DNA of 43,334 nucleotides from a virus (IMGVR_UViG_3300044454_000087:1-43334), one strand, 5' to 3'. Positions 27,212-36,960 are shown, counted from the stretch's first letter. Notes: generated from the letters alone by a model not told the origin. Numbers and translations are program-made.

Positions 27212-28182
27212 TGACCAGCCTCCTGCCCACGCCTGAGCCGCCGGATCCCGTAGAGGGGGCTCTCGGTCACTTCGAGCACTCCAACTGGGTGAAGGCCAGC
27301 CTCAAGGCGCTCGACGAGGGCACCGTGCACAGCAATGGCGGCGTGGCCACCGGCACTCTGCTGGCCGATCAGGTCACCATCGACAACCCCGAGGACCAGA
27401 CAGCCCGGCTCAACCTGAAGGGCAACAGCTCCCGGAGCATCCTCGGCAAGACATCGGCGGATCTCTCCCGATGGGAGCTGGTCCTCGGCGATGGCACTGC
27501 GGAGGGCGGGACCGACTCGGGCTCGCTGTTCAAGCTGCTCGCCTACGCAGATGCCGGGTCACTGAAGCACACCGTGCTGAAGGCAGACCGCAACACGGGT
27601 CTGCTCGAGGTGGTGGGCAGTCCCACGACAGCCAAGGGCGTGGCCACGAAGGAGTACGTGGATCTCCAGCTGCCAATCGGAGCGATCATCGCCTATGGCG
27701 GTACCACGGTTCCCACCGGCTGGCACCTGTGCGATGGCTCTACGCACGGTTCAGCAGCTCTGCAGTCGGTGCTCGGATCAACGGCCACGCCCGACCTCCG
27801 CGGTCGGTTCATTGTCGCGGCAGGCGATTCCACACACGGTGATGTGCCGACCATCTACAACCGAGGAGACATCGGAGGCAAGGAGCGCGTCACGCTTCAA
27901 ACCTCAGAGATGCCTTCGCACAATCACGGCGGAATCACGCATTGGCAGAACCAGGCTCACTCCCACCAGATCAACCAGCACATCCCCATCTACATCACCA
28001 ACTACAACGAGGGCCTGGTGGGTGGGCTGTTCAACATGTACGCCCCTGACGGAGCGTCCTCGGGATCCACAGGCGGTGACAACTCGAACCACGCCCACGG
28101 GATCAATGCTGAGGGTGGCGGGGCGTCGCACGAGAACAGACCCCCGTACTACGCGCTCGTCTACATCATCAAGAAGGCGTGA
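27211..28182 (+). CDS. second tail fibre with tail-collar domain
   Basis: LPIGAIIAYGGTTVPTGWHLCDG...PDLRGRFIV; HNH, HSH, HAH; HENRPPYYALVYIIK. Paralogous to 25724..26815. Confidence 0.85.
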   Translation: MTSLLPTPEPPDPVEGALGHFEHSNWVKASLKALDEGTVHSNGGVATGTLLADQVTIDNPEDQTARLNLKGNSSRSILGKTSADLSRWELVLGDGTAEGGTDSGSLFKLLAYADAGSLKHTVLKADRNTGLLEVVGSPTTAKGVATKEYVDLQLPIGAIIAYGGTTVPTGWHLCDGSTHGSAALQSVLGSTATPDLRGRFIVAAGDSTHGDVPTIYNRGDIGGKERVTLQTSEMPSHNHGGITHWQNQAHSHQINQHIPIYITNYNEGLVGGLFNMYAPDGASSGSTGGDNSNHAHGINAEGGGASHENRPPYYALVYIIKKA

Positions 28183-28577
28183 TCGACATGAGACCGACCA
28201 TGAAGTGGTGGCGACACATACTCGCCCTCGACATCATCATGCACCTGACGGCTGTGTGGTGGTTCGCCTTCCTTCCACCCAGCACCCTGAATGAGTTCGA
28301 GACGTTCATCATGATCGTCGCCACTCTCTCAGGGTTCGGTGTCATGGCTCATGCGTTCAACTTCTTCGACCTCCCTGCGGAAGAGTGGTCGTACTTGATG
28401 GCCGGTTTCATCATGCTGCTCACGGCTGTCGTCTACGAAGTCAGTGTCTATGACTCCCCGGTCCCAGTGGCGATTCGGGTGCCGTTCGGCCTATTCCTGC
28501 TGGCCGGTTCGGTGTCAGCCTTCGCCGCTCACGTCATCGACGGGGGCCAACCCAGAGGAGTCAGGAGTGGCGGGTGA
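28179..28577 (+). CDS. membrane protein, about 4 TM helices (lysis cassette)
   Basis: Four hydrophobic segments; GTGA overlap start (alternative ATG 28188); upstream of holin and endolysin. Confidence 0.65.
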   Translation: MIDMRPTMKWWRHILALDIIMHLTAVWWFAFLPPSTLNEFETFIMIVATLSGFGVMAHAFNFFDLPAEEWSYLMAGFIMLLTAVVYEVSVYDSPVPVAIRVPFGLFLLAGSVSAFAAHVIDGGQPRGVRSGG

Positions 28578-28794
28578 GACGGGTCAGGACTGGTGGAGCC
28601 TGGTCTACCTCTTTCTCGTGGGCATGGTGTCCACGCTGGTAGAGGTGATCAGGCGCAAGGCTGAGAACATGGATGAGGACGATGATTGGAGGAGGGAGCG
28701 GCGCCATCGCCGCGACCACGAAGACGAAGAGCATCATCACCGCAGGTGGGATGATCCCCCTGACAACAACGACAGACGAAACGAGGAATCATGA
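28567..28794 (+). CDS. single-TM membrane protein with highly charged tail (75 aa)
   Basis: Start reassigned to GTG 28567 after GAGGAG; WWSLVYLFLVGMVSTLVEVI followed by an R/D/E/H-rich tail. Confidence 0.65.
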   Translation: MAGETGQDWWSLVYLFLVGMVSTLVEVIRRKAENMDEDDDWRRERRHRRDHEDEEHHHRRWDDPPDNNDRRNEES

Positions 28795-29021
28795 CCGCGA
28801 AGTTCCGCGCAGCCGTGTACGCCGTGGCAGCCGCCATCGGCTCAGTCGGCCTGATCTATGGCTGGGTCACCAACGAGGAGGCGGAGGCGTGGCTGCGCGT
28901 GGTGGACTCGTTCCTCAACGTCATCGTCATCGTTGCCCCGCTGCTGGCCCTGAAGTTCCTGACCCCCGACGCACCCAAGGTGATCGAGGGCGAGGTCGAG
29001 ACTGACGGGATGGCCGGCTGA
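28791..29021 (+). CDS. holin (probable, 2 TM)
   Basis: 76 aa with RAAVYAVAAAI...YGWVT pattern of small actinophage holins; directly coupled to the peptidase gene. Confidence 0.65.
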   Translation: MTAKFRAAVYAVAAAIGSVGLIYGWVTNEEAEAWLRVVDSFLNVIVIVAPLLALKFLTPDAPKVIEGEVETDGMAG

Positions 29022-29491
29022 TGGCCAAGTCCTACCCGTTCCGCAAGACGTTCGGGATTGGCACCAAGTGGCGGTACTCGAGCGGCATGCTGCACGCTGC
29101 CTACGACTACCTGACCCCGATGGGCACCGACGTCCTGGCGGTGCGGGATGGCGTCATCATCGACTGCCACGAGGGTGAAAACCCGAACAGCTACTGGACC
29201 AACTACTCGGGCGAGCCCAGCAACTGGATCCTGCTCGGGTACAAGAACGCCCTCGGCCAGTGGCGCACGGTGTACTCCCAGCACCTGACCGATCATCTGG
29301 TGAAGAAGGGTCAGAAGGTGAAGGCCGGCCAGCACATCGGCAATACCGGGAACAGCGGAAACTCCTCGGGTGCCCACTGCCACATCCACGCGATGAAGGG
29401 GTACCGCACTCGTGGCGAGCGGTACTGGAACTACAAGGCCGCGTACCGCATCTACCCGCCCAGCCTGGTGTGGGCGAAGACGAGCCTCTGA
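29021..29491 (+). CDS. endolysin, M23 zinc metallopeptidase catalytic domain
   Basis: HAAYD (HxxxD), YSQHL, VKKGQKVKAGQHIGNTGNSGNSSGAHCH (HxH). Confidence 0.9.
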   Translation: MAKSYPFRKTFGIGTKWRYSSGMLHAAYDYLTPMGTDVLAVRDGVIIDCHEGENPNSYWTNYSGEPSNWILLGYKNALGQWRTVYSQHLTDHLVKKGQKVKAGQHIGNTGNSGNSSGAHCHIHAMKGYRTRGERYWNYKAAYRIYPPSLVWAKTSL

Positions 29492-30060
29492 TGAGCGGCG
29501 AGCACCTGCATCAGGATCTCAACACCCAGGTCGCCTTCGTTCGTGCTGACCTGGGCAGGGTGGTTGAGGAGATCAGTCTTCTGAGCACCACCATCGGCCA
29601 GCTGGACGCCGCAGTCGGCGCCCGCCTCAACGCATTGGAGGACCGCGTGATCCGCTACAGCCCCGTGTTCAAGAAGGAAGACCAGTGGTCCCTGGACTGT
29701 GACGGTGACGAGCACCTGCTCAAGCTCGGCTCCAACGACCGGGGCGAGTGGGTTCCGCCCATCTCCGGGCGTCTGGATCCCGCGGCCTACGTCAACGTGG
29801 ACCGCTTCGACCTGAAGGATCCCACCAAGCCTGCACGGCTGATGATCTGGATGCGGCGCAAGGCGTGGAACGGCAAGCCAGCCGACGACACGTTCATGTA
29901 TGACATCTGGCTGAACCGCGAGGGCCTGGTGCACCACGACTGGCGTGCGTTCTGGGAGCGCGGCGAGGCTGGGCGCCCTGTGTACTGGCTGTACAAGGTC
30001 ACCGGCGCCAACAGCGTGGTGGTCGACACGCGCTACGTGAAGTACAGCATCCTGACATGA
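29491..30060 (+). CDS. hypothetical protein (189 aa), N-terminal coiled coil and aromatic-rich beta domain
   Basis: Start reassigned to ATG 29491 (TGATG coupling with the endolysin); good codon bias from that point. Confidence 0.7.
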   Translation: MSGEHLHQDLNTQVAFVRADLGRVVEEISLLSTTIGQLDAAVGARLNALEDRVIRYSPVFKKEDQWSLDCDGDEHLLKLGSNDRGEWVPPISGRLDPAAYVNVDRFDLKDPTKPARLMIWMRRKAWNGKPADDTFMYDIWLNREGLVHHDWRAFWERGEAGRPVYWLYKVTGANSVVVDTRYVKYSILT

Positions 30061-30221
30061 GCGGCGACTGTGAGGGCTGTGACGATGAACTGGGTGTGGC
30101 AGCTTCCTTCGTCATGGCCTTCGCAGTGGGCTTCGCAACCACTACCATCGTGGGTGTGGCGATCGCATGGAATGTGGTGTCGCTCGCAGTGGAGGCGGCA
30201 CAGACGCTGAGGAGGCGCTGA
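30057..30221 (+). CDS. small membrane protein (54 aa)
   Basis: MSGDCEGCDDELGVAASFVMAFAVGFATTTIVGVAIAWNVVSLAVEAAQTLRRR; ATGA overlap; ends 1 nt before the next gene. Confidence 0.6.
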   Translation: MSGDCEGCDDELGVAASFVMAFAVGFATTTIVGVAIAWNVVSLAVEAAQTLRRR

Positions 30222-30222
30222 C

Positions 30223-31647
30223 ATGCTCTTGCAGGAGCCAGGGACTGTACGTCGAGGAGACGGCAAGCTCACGCCAGCTCCCGAGAAGCCGCGACCCGCA
30301 CCCGTCCAGAAGCGCACCGGCACCGACGCTCTGAGGCCGGCATTCCAGTCGTTCCTCGGCGGGCCTCCGAGGCGGGAAGCACCAGCTCCTGTTGCTCCCA
30401 AGCCCACTCCCCGAAAGGCTGAGGAGTTCATTCCTCCGAAGGAGGACAACCCCTTCATCAACCCCATCGGGAAGAAGCCCGCGTCAACTGTGACCACGCC
30501 ACAGCAGGCGAAGGTCGAGTCGGTCTGGAACATGGTGACCTCCGTCAACGAGGAGGTCGCCAAGCCCAAGGACAAGGTGCGCACTCCGAAGGAGCTGCTC
30601 GACGAGGACAAGCAGCGAGAGCTCAAGGGCTTCGTCTACGACCTGAACCCGAAGGAGTGGCAGCGGATCCAGGACAACTTCGACACCGGCACCGACCAGA
30701 ACATCGAGGGCACGCTGACTGCTGTGCCTCCGCTGCTGGCCCGTCCCGGTCTGGAGCCGGCCGTCCCGAAGGTGAAGGCCGACAAGTACGCTGCCGCTCC
30801 GCTGTCCTGGGACGAGTACCAGGCGATGTCCGGAGACCAGAAGGCCGCGGTGGACTTCAACACGCTGCTGGTCGAGGCACGCGAGAAAGACCTCTCCAAG
30901 AAGTGGGAGCTGGCTCCTGACGAGTTGGCCGAGTACGACAAGCGCGTGACGAAGGTCTTCGGTCAGGGCGGCAAGTCCGGTCAGCTGGCACCCAACACGG
31001 TGAAGCTGCTGCACACGCTCGACTTCGAGGCTGTCGGTCAGGACCTCGACCAGTACCTGTCGCTCGAGCGCGGGTTCACGATGGAGGATCTCGACAAGTT
31101 CTCGCTGGACAAGGACAAGGTCAAGCAACTGATCGAGACCGATGTCGGCACGCAGGAGACCCAGGCACAGGGCTCCAAGACGATGGCCGACTACGCTGCC
31201 GTGCGCACCCCGGAGAACGTGGCGGCCATCGACGCCGACCTCGTGGCCCGCAGCGCGAAGCTGATCGCGGAGAAGATGCAGGAGGCGAACTACGCCATCG
31301 CCAACTTTGACTCCGCGGTGATCAACTCGCTGTTCGACCCCACCGCTGCACCGGGTGTGGCTCCGCTGGGCTATGGGGATCCCGCGACCCGGGCCACCAC
31401 CTACGACCAGCAGATGGAGGATTGGATGCAGCGGGCGTACGCCGAGCTCCAGTCGCCCACCGGCAAGGTGGATCGGGTGTTCGGCGAGATGGATGAGTTC
31501 CAGTTCACGCCGGAGGATCGCCAGCAGTTCATCGACTACGTGAACCAGCGCTCGCTGACCGAGGGACAGTACGGCCTGCCCGAGGGCAGCAACACCCAGC
31601 TGCGATCGTCAGATGAGATCCGCAAGCTCGTAGGAATCGGAGGCTGA
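30223..31647 (+). CDS. hypothetical protein, possible internal virion protein (474 aa)
   Basis: GAGGAGG RBS; Pro/Lys-rich disordered N-terminus and helical acidic remainder; lies within the structural block. Confidence 0.55.
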   Translation: MLLQEPGTVRRGDGKLTPAPEKPRPAPVQKRTGTDALRPAFQSFLGGPPRREAPAPVAPKPTPRKAEEFIPPKEDNPFINPIGKKPASTVTTPQQAKVESVWNMVTSVNEEVAKPKDKVRTPKELLDEDKQRELKGFVYDLNPKEWQRIQDNFDTGTDQNIEGTLTAVPPLLARPGLEPAVPKVKADKYAAAPLSWDEYQAMSGDQKAAVDFNTLLVEAREKDLSKKWELAPDELAEYDKRVTKVFGQGGKSGQLAPNTVKLLHTLDFEAVGQDLDQYLSLERGFTMEDLDKFSLDKDKVKQLIETDVGTQETQAQGSKTMADYAAVRTPENVAAIDADLVARSAKLIAEKMQEANYAIANFDSAVINSLFDPTAAPGVAPLGYGDPATRATTYDQQMEDWMQRAYAELQSPTGKVDRVFGEMDEFQFTPEDRQQFIDYVNQRSLTEGQYGLPEGSNTQLRSSDEIRKLVGIGG

Positions 31648-31648
31648 C

Positions 31649-32701
31649 ATGGCTGCCAAGAAGAAGGAGGAGGCCCCCAAGGTCCTTCCTGTTCGGCCCA
31701 CTGCACCAGCCCCGGCCAAGTCGACCAAGGCTCCGGCCGCCAAGGCTCCTGCCAAGAGCACAGGCAAGGCGCCGGCCAAGAGCACAGGCAAGAGCTCGAG
31801 CAAGACCGCGTCCAAGGACAAGGCCAGCGCCGCCGAGAAGCGGGCAGTCAAGCGCGAGAACGACGCGAAGAAGGCGGCCGGCAAGAAGTACCTCGAGGGT
31901 GCGGCCAATCTGCAGAAGCAGGCGCAGGCCATTCGGCAGGCACTGGACGTGGACTTCGCCTCGGCCCGCGACAACAACCTCGGCGACATCTCCAAGACGC
32001 TGACCGAGCAGCTGGCCTCGCTGACGTCTGGTCACTCACAGCGGGCGCAGCAGTTCCTCCTGAGCGGCCAGGACGCGGAGAAGGCCACCGGGGACACGGC
32101 CGAGCGCGGCCTGTCCAATGCAGTGCGGGAGCGCGCCGACACCCTGTCCAACATCCTGGAGCAGGGCGCGGGCGAGACGGACGCCATGAAGGCGATGCTC
32201 ATGTCCGCCCGGAACTGGAGCTCGAACGCGGGCGAGGCGAACCGCGCGTACTTCGACTCCATGCGCTCGATCAACACTGGGATCGTGGACCTGAACCTCG
32301 ACACCAAGAGCGCGCTGGCCGGCGCTGCTACGTCAGCAGAGGGCGAGCGCGATCGGATCTGGCAGGAGTACTACAACAACCGCTCCCAGGCTTTCACCCA
32401 GCTCGGCAACGTCAAGGGCCAGGAAGCAGACTTCTATGCCCAGGCCAAGGAGATGGGCGTGAAGCCGAAGAAGGGTGCGGAGAAGGACGCCGAGGACGCG
32501 ATGGCCAAGGCGTTCAAGGACGCGGCCGTGGAGTCCGGCAAGGGCTACACCCAGCAGGCACTGCCCGAGTGGATCTCCGGCTTCACCGGGCAGGAGCAGC
32601 TGCAGGCCAAGCAGTCCAACACCGAGCTCGCGGCTGCTGTCACGATGGACAAGGTCGCCAAGGCTGAAGGCGCCACGCTACGGAAGTGGGATGCAGCATG
32701 A
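31649..32701 (+). CDS. probable internal virion/ejection protein with Lys/Ala/Pro-rich N-terminus (350 aa)
   Basis: GGAGG RBS; KAPAKSTG tandem repeat (18-nt direct repeat at 31751 and 31775); Ala/Gln-rich helical body. Confidence 0.55.
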   Translation: MAAKKKEEAPKVLPVRPTAPAPAKSTKAPAAKAPAKSTGKAPAKSTGKSSSKTASKDKASAAEKRAVKRENDAKKAAGKKYLEGAANLQKQAQAIRQALDVDFASARDNNLGDISKTLTEQLASLTSGHSQRAQQFLLSGQDAEKATGDTAERGLSNAVRERADTLSNILEQGAGETDAMKAMLMSARNWSSNAGEANRAYFDSMRSINTGIVDLNLDTKSALAGAATSAEGERDRIWQEYYNNRSQAFTQLGNVKGQEADFYAQAKEMGVKPKKGAEKDAEDAMAKAFKDAAVESGKGYTQQALPEWISGFTGQEQLQAKQSNTELAAAVTMDKVAKAEGATLRKWDAA

Positions 32702-33459
32702 GCAGCATGAACCCCGAGCTCCAGATCTCGCTCGACGATGCCGTCGGAGAGGTGCTCGGCCTGCTGACCGGGCTGGACCTGTCCTACGAGCCGGAGCTCG
32801 AGCGGTACCGATCGGTCACCCGGCAACTCAACAGGGCCCTGCGCAACAACGCGCTGGAGCAGGAGTGGTCCTACTACTCGTCGCTGCTGTCACTCGGGAC
32901 ACTGTCCGAGGGCGACCGGGAGATGTTGCTCCCGACCCAGCAGCGGCCACGGATCATCAACGATGACGCGGTGCGGCTGCGCGACGATCAGGAGCGGACG
33001 GTGAAGTGGGCGTACTACATGCCCCGTGACGCCCTGCACAAGTACGAGCGCCGCCGCGGCCTGTGGGTGTCGGTCACCCGCAAGAGCCTGGTGTTCTCCC
33101 GGCCCATCCTCGAGGAGGAGGCCGGACTCGAGCTCGTGCTGGCAGTGATGCGCGAGCCCAAGATGTTCAGGCTGCCGGTGGCCGGCCGGTCGGTTCCGAT
33201 GTCGGTGCGCAAGCAGGCTCTCGACTTCCCGTACCCGGACGCGATCATTTCGCGCGCAGCGTTCTACTACGCTCAGACCGACCCGGTGATGCAGCCTCGG
33301 GTGCCCACGCTCGAGGAGGGGTACAAGGACATCATGTACCAGTTGATCGAGCGGGACGTCAGCAACACCGACACGCCCTACCAGAACACGTTCTCCCTGC
33401 CCATCCAGAGCGGGCTCGTCGATGAGGGTGGCTACCGGCCGCCGCTGGCTGACTTCTAG
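32698..33459 (+). CDS. head-tail adaptor (tail tubular protein A-like)
   Basis: Start at ATG 32698 (ATGA overlap); SLDDAVGEVLGLL...LNRALR...WSY resembles the N-terminus of T7 gp11/P22 gp4-type adaptors; precedes a nozzle-sized gene. Confidence 0.55.
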   Translation: MSSMNPELQISLDDAVGEVLGLLTGLDLSYEPELERYRSVTRQLNRALRNNALEQEWSYYSSLLSLGTLSEGDREMLLPTQQRPRIINDDAVRLRDDQERTVKWAYYMPRDALHKYERRRGLWVSVTRKSLVFSRPILEEEAGLELVLAVMREPKMFRLPVAGRSVPMSVRKQALDFPYPDAIISRAAFYYAQTDPVMQPRVPTLEEGYKDIMYQLIERDVSNTDTPYQNTFSLPIQSGLVDEGGYRPPLADF

Positions 33460-33467
33460 GAGTCGAC

Positions 33468-36400
33468 ATGCCCCCCAAGAAGAAAACGCCTCCGCCGATC
33501 GACAGGCCATTGTCGAGGGCGTACCTGCGTGCGTTCACCGGCTGGTCCACTGCGTTCCCTCCCGGCACCTCGGAGCCGAACTCGCTGCGGATCATGGAGA
33601 ACATGATGGTGGACCGCAACCAGGCGCTGCAGGTGCGCCCGGGACTGCGGTATCTGTCGTTCGCCAACTCTCCGGACATCAACCAGGTGACCGACAAGGT
33701 CCCCGGCAAGGCCGTGGGTCTGCCGATGGTCGGCACACAGGAGCCGTTCTACACCGCCAACGGTGACAAGGCGCTGCTGTTCGCAGTGCGTGAGAACGAC
33801 GGCACGGTCGGCTTCCGGGCCATCCTGTTCTCCGACGGCCAGACCGTGGTGCACGCGCTGACCTCGTCGAAGATCGGGTTCTCGATCCCGCAGGGTACAT
33901 CGGTGCTGAACTTCAGCTCGAAGACCACGCACGTCGAGTACCTGCAGATCGACAACAGGATCGTCGCCATGTCGGATGCTGGCGAGTCCATCCGAGTGTT
34001 CTTCGTGGGCGCCGAGAAGGTGGCCAAGAAGATCAACTCGATCGAGGTGCCGGCCTGGGCCGACAGCCACAAGCTCAGCATCGTCCACCCGAACAAGACG
34101 TGGATCGACAAGCAGTCGTGGTCGGTCACTCGCAACGAGATCCCGAACCCGTCATTCGAGAGCGGCGTCTCGAGCTGGACGCTGACCAACTGCACGGCGG
34201 AGATCGCTGGCGACACCGCGGTTGCTGGTGCGGGCGGCCGGGTCCTGAAGCTGATGTCGGCCCCGACCAAGACCAACCTCCAGACTTCCCCGCTGGAGTC
34301 GGTGGACATCAACGGCTACCCGGGCTGGCACCCGCACAAGGACTGGGGCGACCCGGACCTGAGCAAGTCCGAGGGCTACATGAAGGTCACGGACAAGAAG
34401 GGCAAGGGCACGTTCCTGGCCTACGGCTCGAAGCTCACCTACGGCGTGGCTCCCGGCCAGCGGTACGTGGTCGCGCTCGACTACAGCAACGGCACCAACG
34501 TCGAGCCGATCGTGGTGCTGACGTTCTACAACGCTGCGGGCGCGAAGATCGGTGCGAGCACCTCGCTTCCGATGCCGTACTCCGCCAACGCCACGCGCTT
34601 CGTGAGCCCTGCTGTGACGGCCCCGGACTCCACCGTGGCAATGCGTGTGTCCGTGGGCGGGCGCAATCAGGCGTCGACCAGCACGTTCGTGAAGGTCAAG
34701 AGCGTCGTCCTGTGCAAGGAGGGCGAGGACACCGCGGCCTACGACGGCAACTCGGGGACCAACTACTCCTGGATGGGTGCTCAGCGCGAGTCGGCCTCGG
34801 TGTACCACCCACCCGTGAACATCTCGATCTCCTCGCCTCGACTGCCGATCCCGGCCGGCGGAGCTGCATGCGGGTCCGGATACATCCGTGGCGGCGGCCA
34901 GAGCGCCTCTGTGACGCTGATCCAGTACGACAAGAACGGCGCCCAGCTGACGTCCACCAACTCGACCGGGACGGCCGGTACCGGCTGGTCGCGCATCTCC
35001 GAGGGGGAGGCCGCCACGAATGCGCAGGCTGCGCTGGGCGTGGTCAAGTTCACCTTCGATGCGGTGGCCAAGGGTGCGGCGGTCTACGTCGATGCGACGA
35101 TGCTCGAGAACGGTGTGTCCACCCCTGGCGCGTACTACGACGGGGACTCGACGCCCACGTCCGGAACGCTGTACGGCTGGGAGGGGACACCGCACCTGTC
35201 CCCCAGCACACGCTCGATCTACACCGTGGTGCCGGACCTGCCGGTGGCGAACACGGCGGCGGCCACGTCACTGGTGAGCTCGGACTCGACGAAGAACGTC
35301 TACAAGGTGGCGGCTTTCTACACCTTCGAGAACGAGGTGGGCGAGTCCGCGGCCAGCATGATCGGGGAGATCCGTGTCATGCGCCCGTGGTCGAACTGGC
35401 TGTGGCAGTTGCCGTCCGCCACGGGTGAGCCCGCTGGTGGGGCCACCACGAACCCGATGCTGTGTGCCGACCAGCTGACGTTCACCGTCCCCTCCGGCGT
35501 GTACGCCCAGGCGTTGGTCGAGGGTGCGACGAAGTGGAACCTGTACGTGATGTCCTGGTCGGACCAGGAGCCTGTGCCGGTGGTGGCCACACTGGCGGCC
35601 ACGCAGGACCTGCGGGGCGCTCCGCTGCACAAGGACGCCGGCTGGCTGACGATCACCCCGCAGCGCAAGATCGGGCTGAACGACGCCATGCTGCCGACCG
35701 AGGGCAACCGGGAGAACTACTCGAGGCCCCCGAAGTCACGCTCGGGCCTGGTGGCTGGCGATCGGCTGATCATGGTCGGCGACCCGAACGAGCTGGCCAC
35801 CATCCGGTGGACCTCGAACAGGCCGGGGGAGTACCTGAACTTCACCCCGTCGCGCGGTGGTGGGGCCAAGACCCTGACCACTGGCAACCTGCACATCCCC
35901 GCGGACGTGGTGCTGTGGCAGAACCCACAAAGCGTCGATACTCTTGCTATTCTCTGCATGGGCAGCGACGGTCGGTCGATCAGCTACTACATGCAGCCGG
36001 CCAACATCAACGCCCAGTCCGGGTCCACGTCGGTAATGGGCTTCGAGGAGACGACCTCGACGCCAGGCACGCTGAGCCCGTACGCCAACGAGGTGCTGAA
36101 CAACGCCCTGTACCGGCCGCTGGACCGGGCGCTGCTGAAGTCGACAGCCTCGAACTACAACATCAACCACAAGACGCAGACCGACAAGATCTCCAACATG
36201 TGGCAGCGGCTCTGGTCGAAGCACTGGATCATGTCGGCCCAGCTGGACAACCGGCTGTACTACCTCGTGCACAACCCGCTGGGTGAGGTGCTCGAGACGA
36301 ACTGCAAGGGCAACGAGATCTGGGTGTTCGACATCTCGACCGAGGGTGGGCACTGGTCGCGCTTCCTGATCCAGGGCAACGCGCTGCGGGTGTTCAACGT

Positions 36401-36959
36401 GGGCCCGCGCGAGGTGCTCGGAGTGACCCGGCCGGACGGCCTGTACTACTTGGACGCCACTGCACGAGTTGACGACTACGTCGGCGCCGGCAATGACGTC
36501 CTGCAGCGGCCGATCCCCTGGCGGTTCGAGACGAACACGCAGGGAGCGAACCGAGCGCACGACGCATGGGCGCACCTGCAGCAGGTGGGTGTGACCCTCG
36601 GGAACTTCATCGGATCCATGAAGTACGGGGTGCGCGGGTATGACCTGAACGGTTTCCAGCACACCTTCGAGAAGGAGTTCACGGCCACCGGGGTGGACGA
36701 GAACGACGGTCACACCTGGGACGTGGACGACATCCTGCTGATCCGGCGGGACATGAAGGAGTGGTTCCTGTTCGGATCCTCGGTTGACGACAAGGAAGGC
36801 TGGGGCTCGCTGAGCTATGCGCAGTACCGCTACACCCCGGTCAGCGTCAACGTCGGTTACGAGTTCGGGTCGATCGAGACCTTCGAGTACGGCAGCAATC
36901 CGGTCGGCTACACCGAGAACGGCATCCCTCTGACGTACATGGACTACACCAGGCCCTGA
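33468..36959 (+). CDS. tail nozzle (tail tubular protein B-like) with inserted carbohydrate-binding-like modules
   Basis: 1163 aa; ENMMVD...LQVRPG start and beta-propeller-like DRLIMV/IRWT/RLYYLV/WSRF strands typical of podovirus nozzles; NEIPNPSFESG CBM-like insert. Confidence 0.6.
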   Translation: MPPKKKTPPPIDRPLSRAYLRAFTGWSTAFPPGTSEPNSLRIMENMMVDRNQALQVRPGLRYLSFANSPDINQVTDKVPGKAVGLPMVGTQEPFYTANGDKALLFAVRENDGTVGFRAILFSDGQTVVHALTSSKIGFSIPQGTSVLNFSSKTTHVEYLQIDNRIVAMSDAGESIRVFFVGAEKVAKKINSIEVPAWADSHKLSIVHPNKTWIDKQSWSVTRNEIPNPSFESGVSSWTLTNCTAEIAGDTAVAGAGGRVLKLMSAPTKTNLQTSPLESVDINGYPGWHPHKDWGDPDLSKSEGYMKVTDKKGKGTFLAYGSKLTYGVAPGQRYVVALDYSNGTNVEPIVVLTFYNAAGAKIGASTSLPMPYSANATRFVSPAVTAPDSTVAMRVSVGGRNQASTSTFVKVKSVVLCKEGEDTAAYDGNSGTNYSWMGAQRESASVYHPPVNISISSPRLPIPAGGAACGSGYIRGGGQSASVTLIQYDKNGAQLTSTNSTGTAGTGWSRISEGEAATNAQAALGVVKFTFDAVAKGAAVYVDATMLENGVSTPGAYYDGDSTPTSGTLYGWEGTPHLSPSTRSIYTVVPDLPVANTAAATSLVSSDSTKNVYKVAAFYTFENEVGESAASMIGEIRVMRPWSNWLWQLPSATGEPAGGATTNPMLCADQLTFTVPSGVYAQALVEGATKWNLYVMSWSDQEPVPVVATLAATQDLRGAPLHKDAGWLTITPQRKIGLNDAMLPTEGNRENYSRPPKSRSGLVAGDRLIMVGDPNELATIRWTSNRPGEYLNFTPSRGGGAKTLTTGNLHIPADVVLWQNPQSVDTLAILCMGSDGRSISYYMQPANINAQSGSTSVMGFEETTSTPGTLSPYANEVLNNALYRPLDRALLKSTASNYNINHKTQTDKISNMWQRLWSKHWIMSAQLDNRLYYLVHNPLGEVLETNCKGNEIWVFDISTEGGHWSRFLIQGNALRVFNVGPREVLGVTRPDGLYYLDATARVDDYVGAGNDVLQRPIPWRFETNTQGANRAHDAWAHLQQVGVTLGNFIGSMKYGVRGYDLNGFQHTFEKEFTATGVDENDGHTWDVDDILLIRRDMKEWFLFGSSVDDKEGWGSLSYAQYRYTPVSVNVGYEFGSIETFEYGSNPVGYTENGIPLTYMDYTRP

Positions 36960-36960
36960 T

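Noticed and set aside
25724-28182. Diversity-generating retroelement acting on the paired fibre tips
   Set aside because: Differences are not adenine-specific, both copies are intact genes, and no reverse transcriptase is seen.
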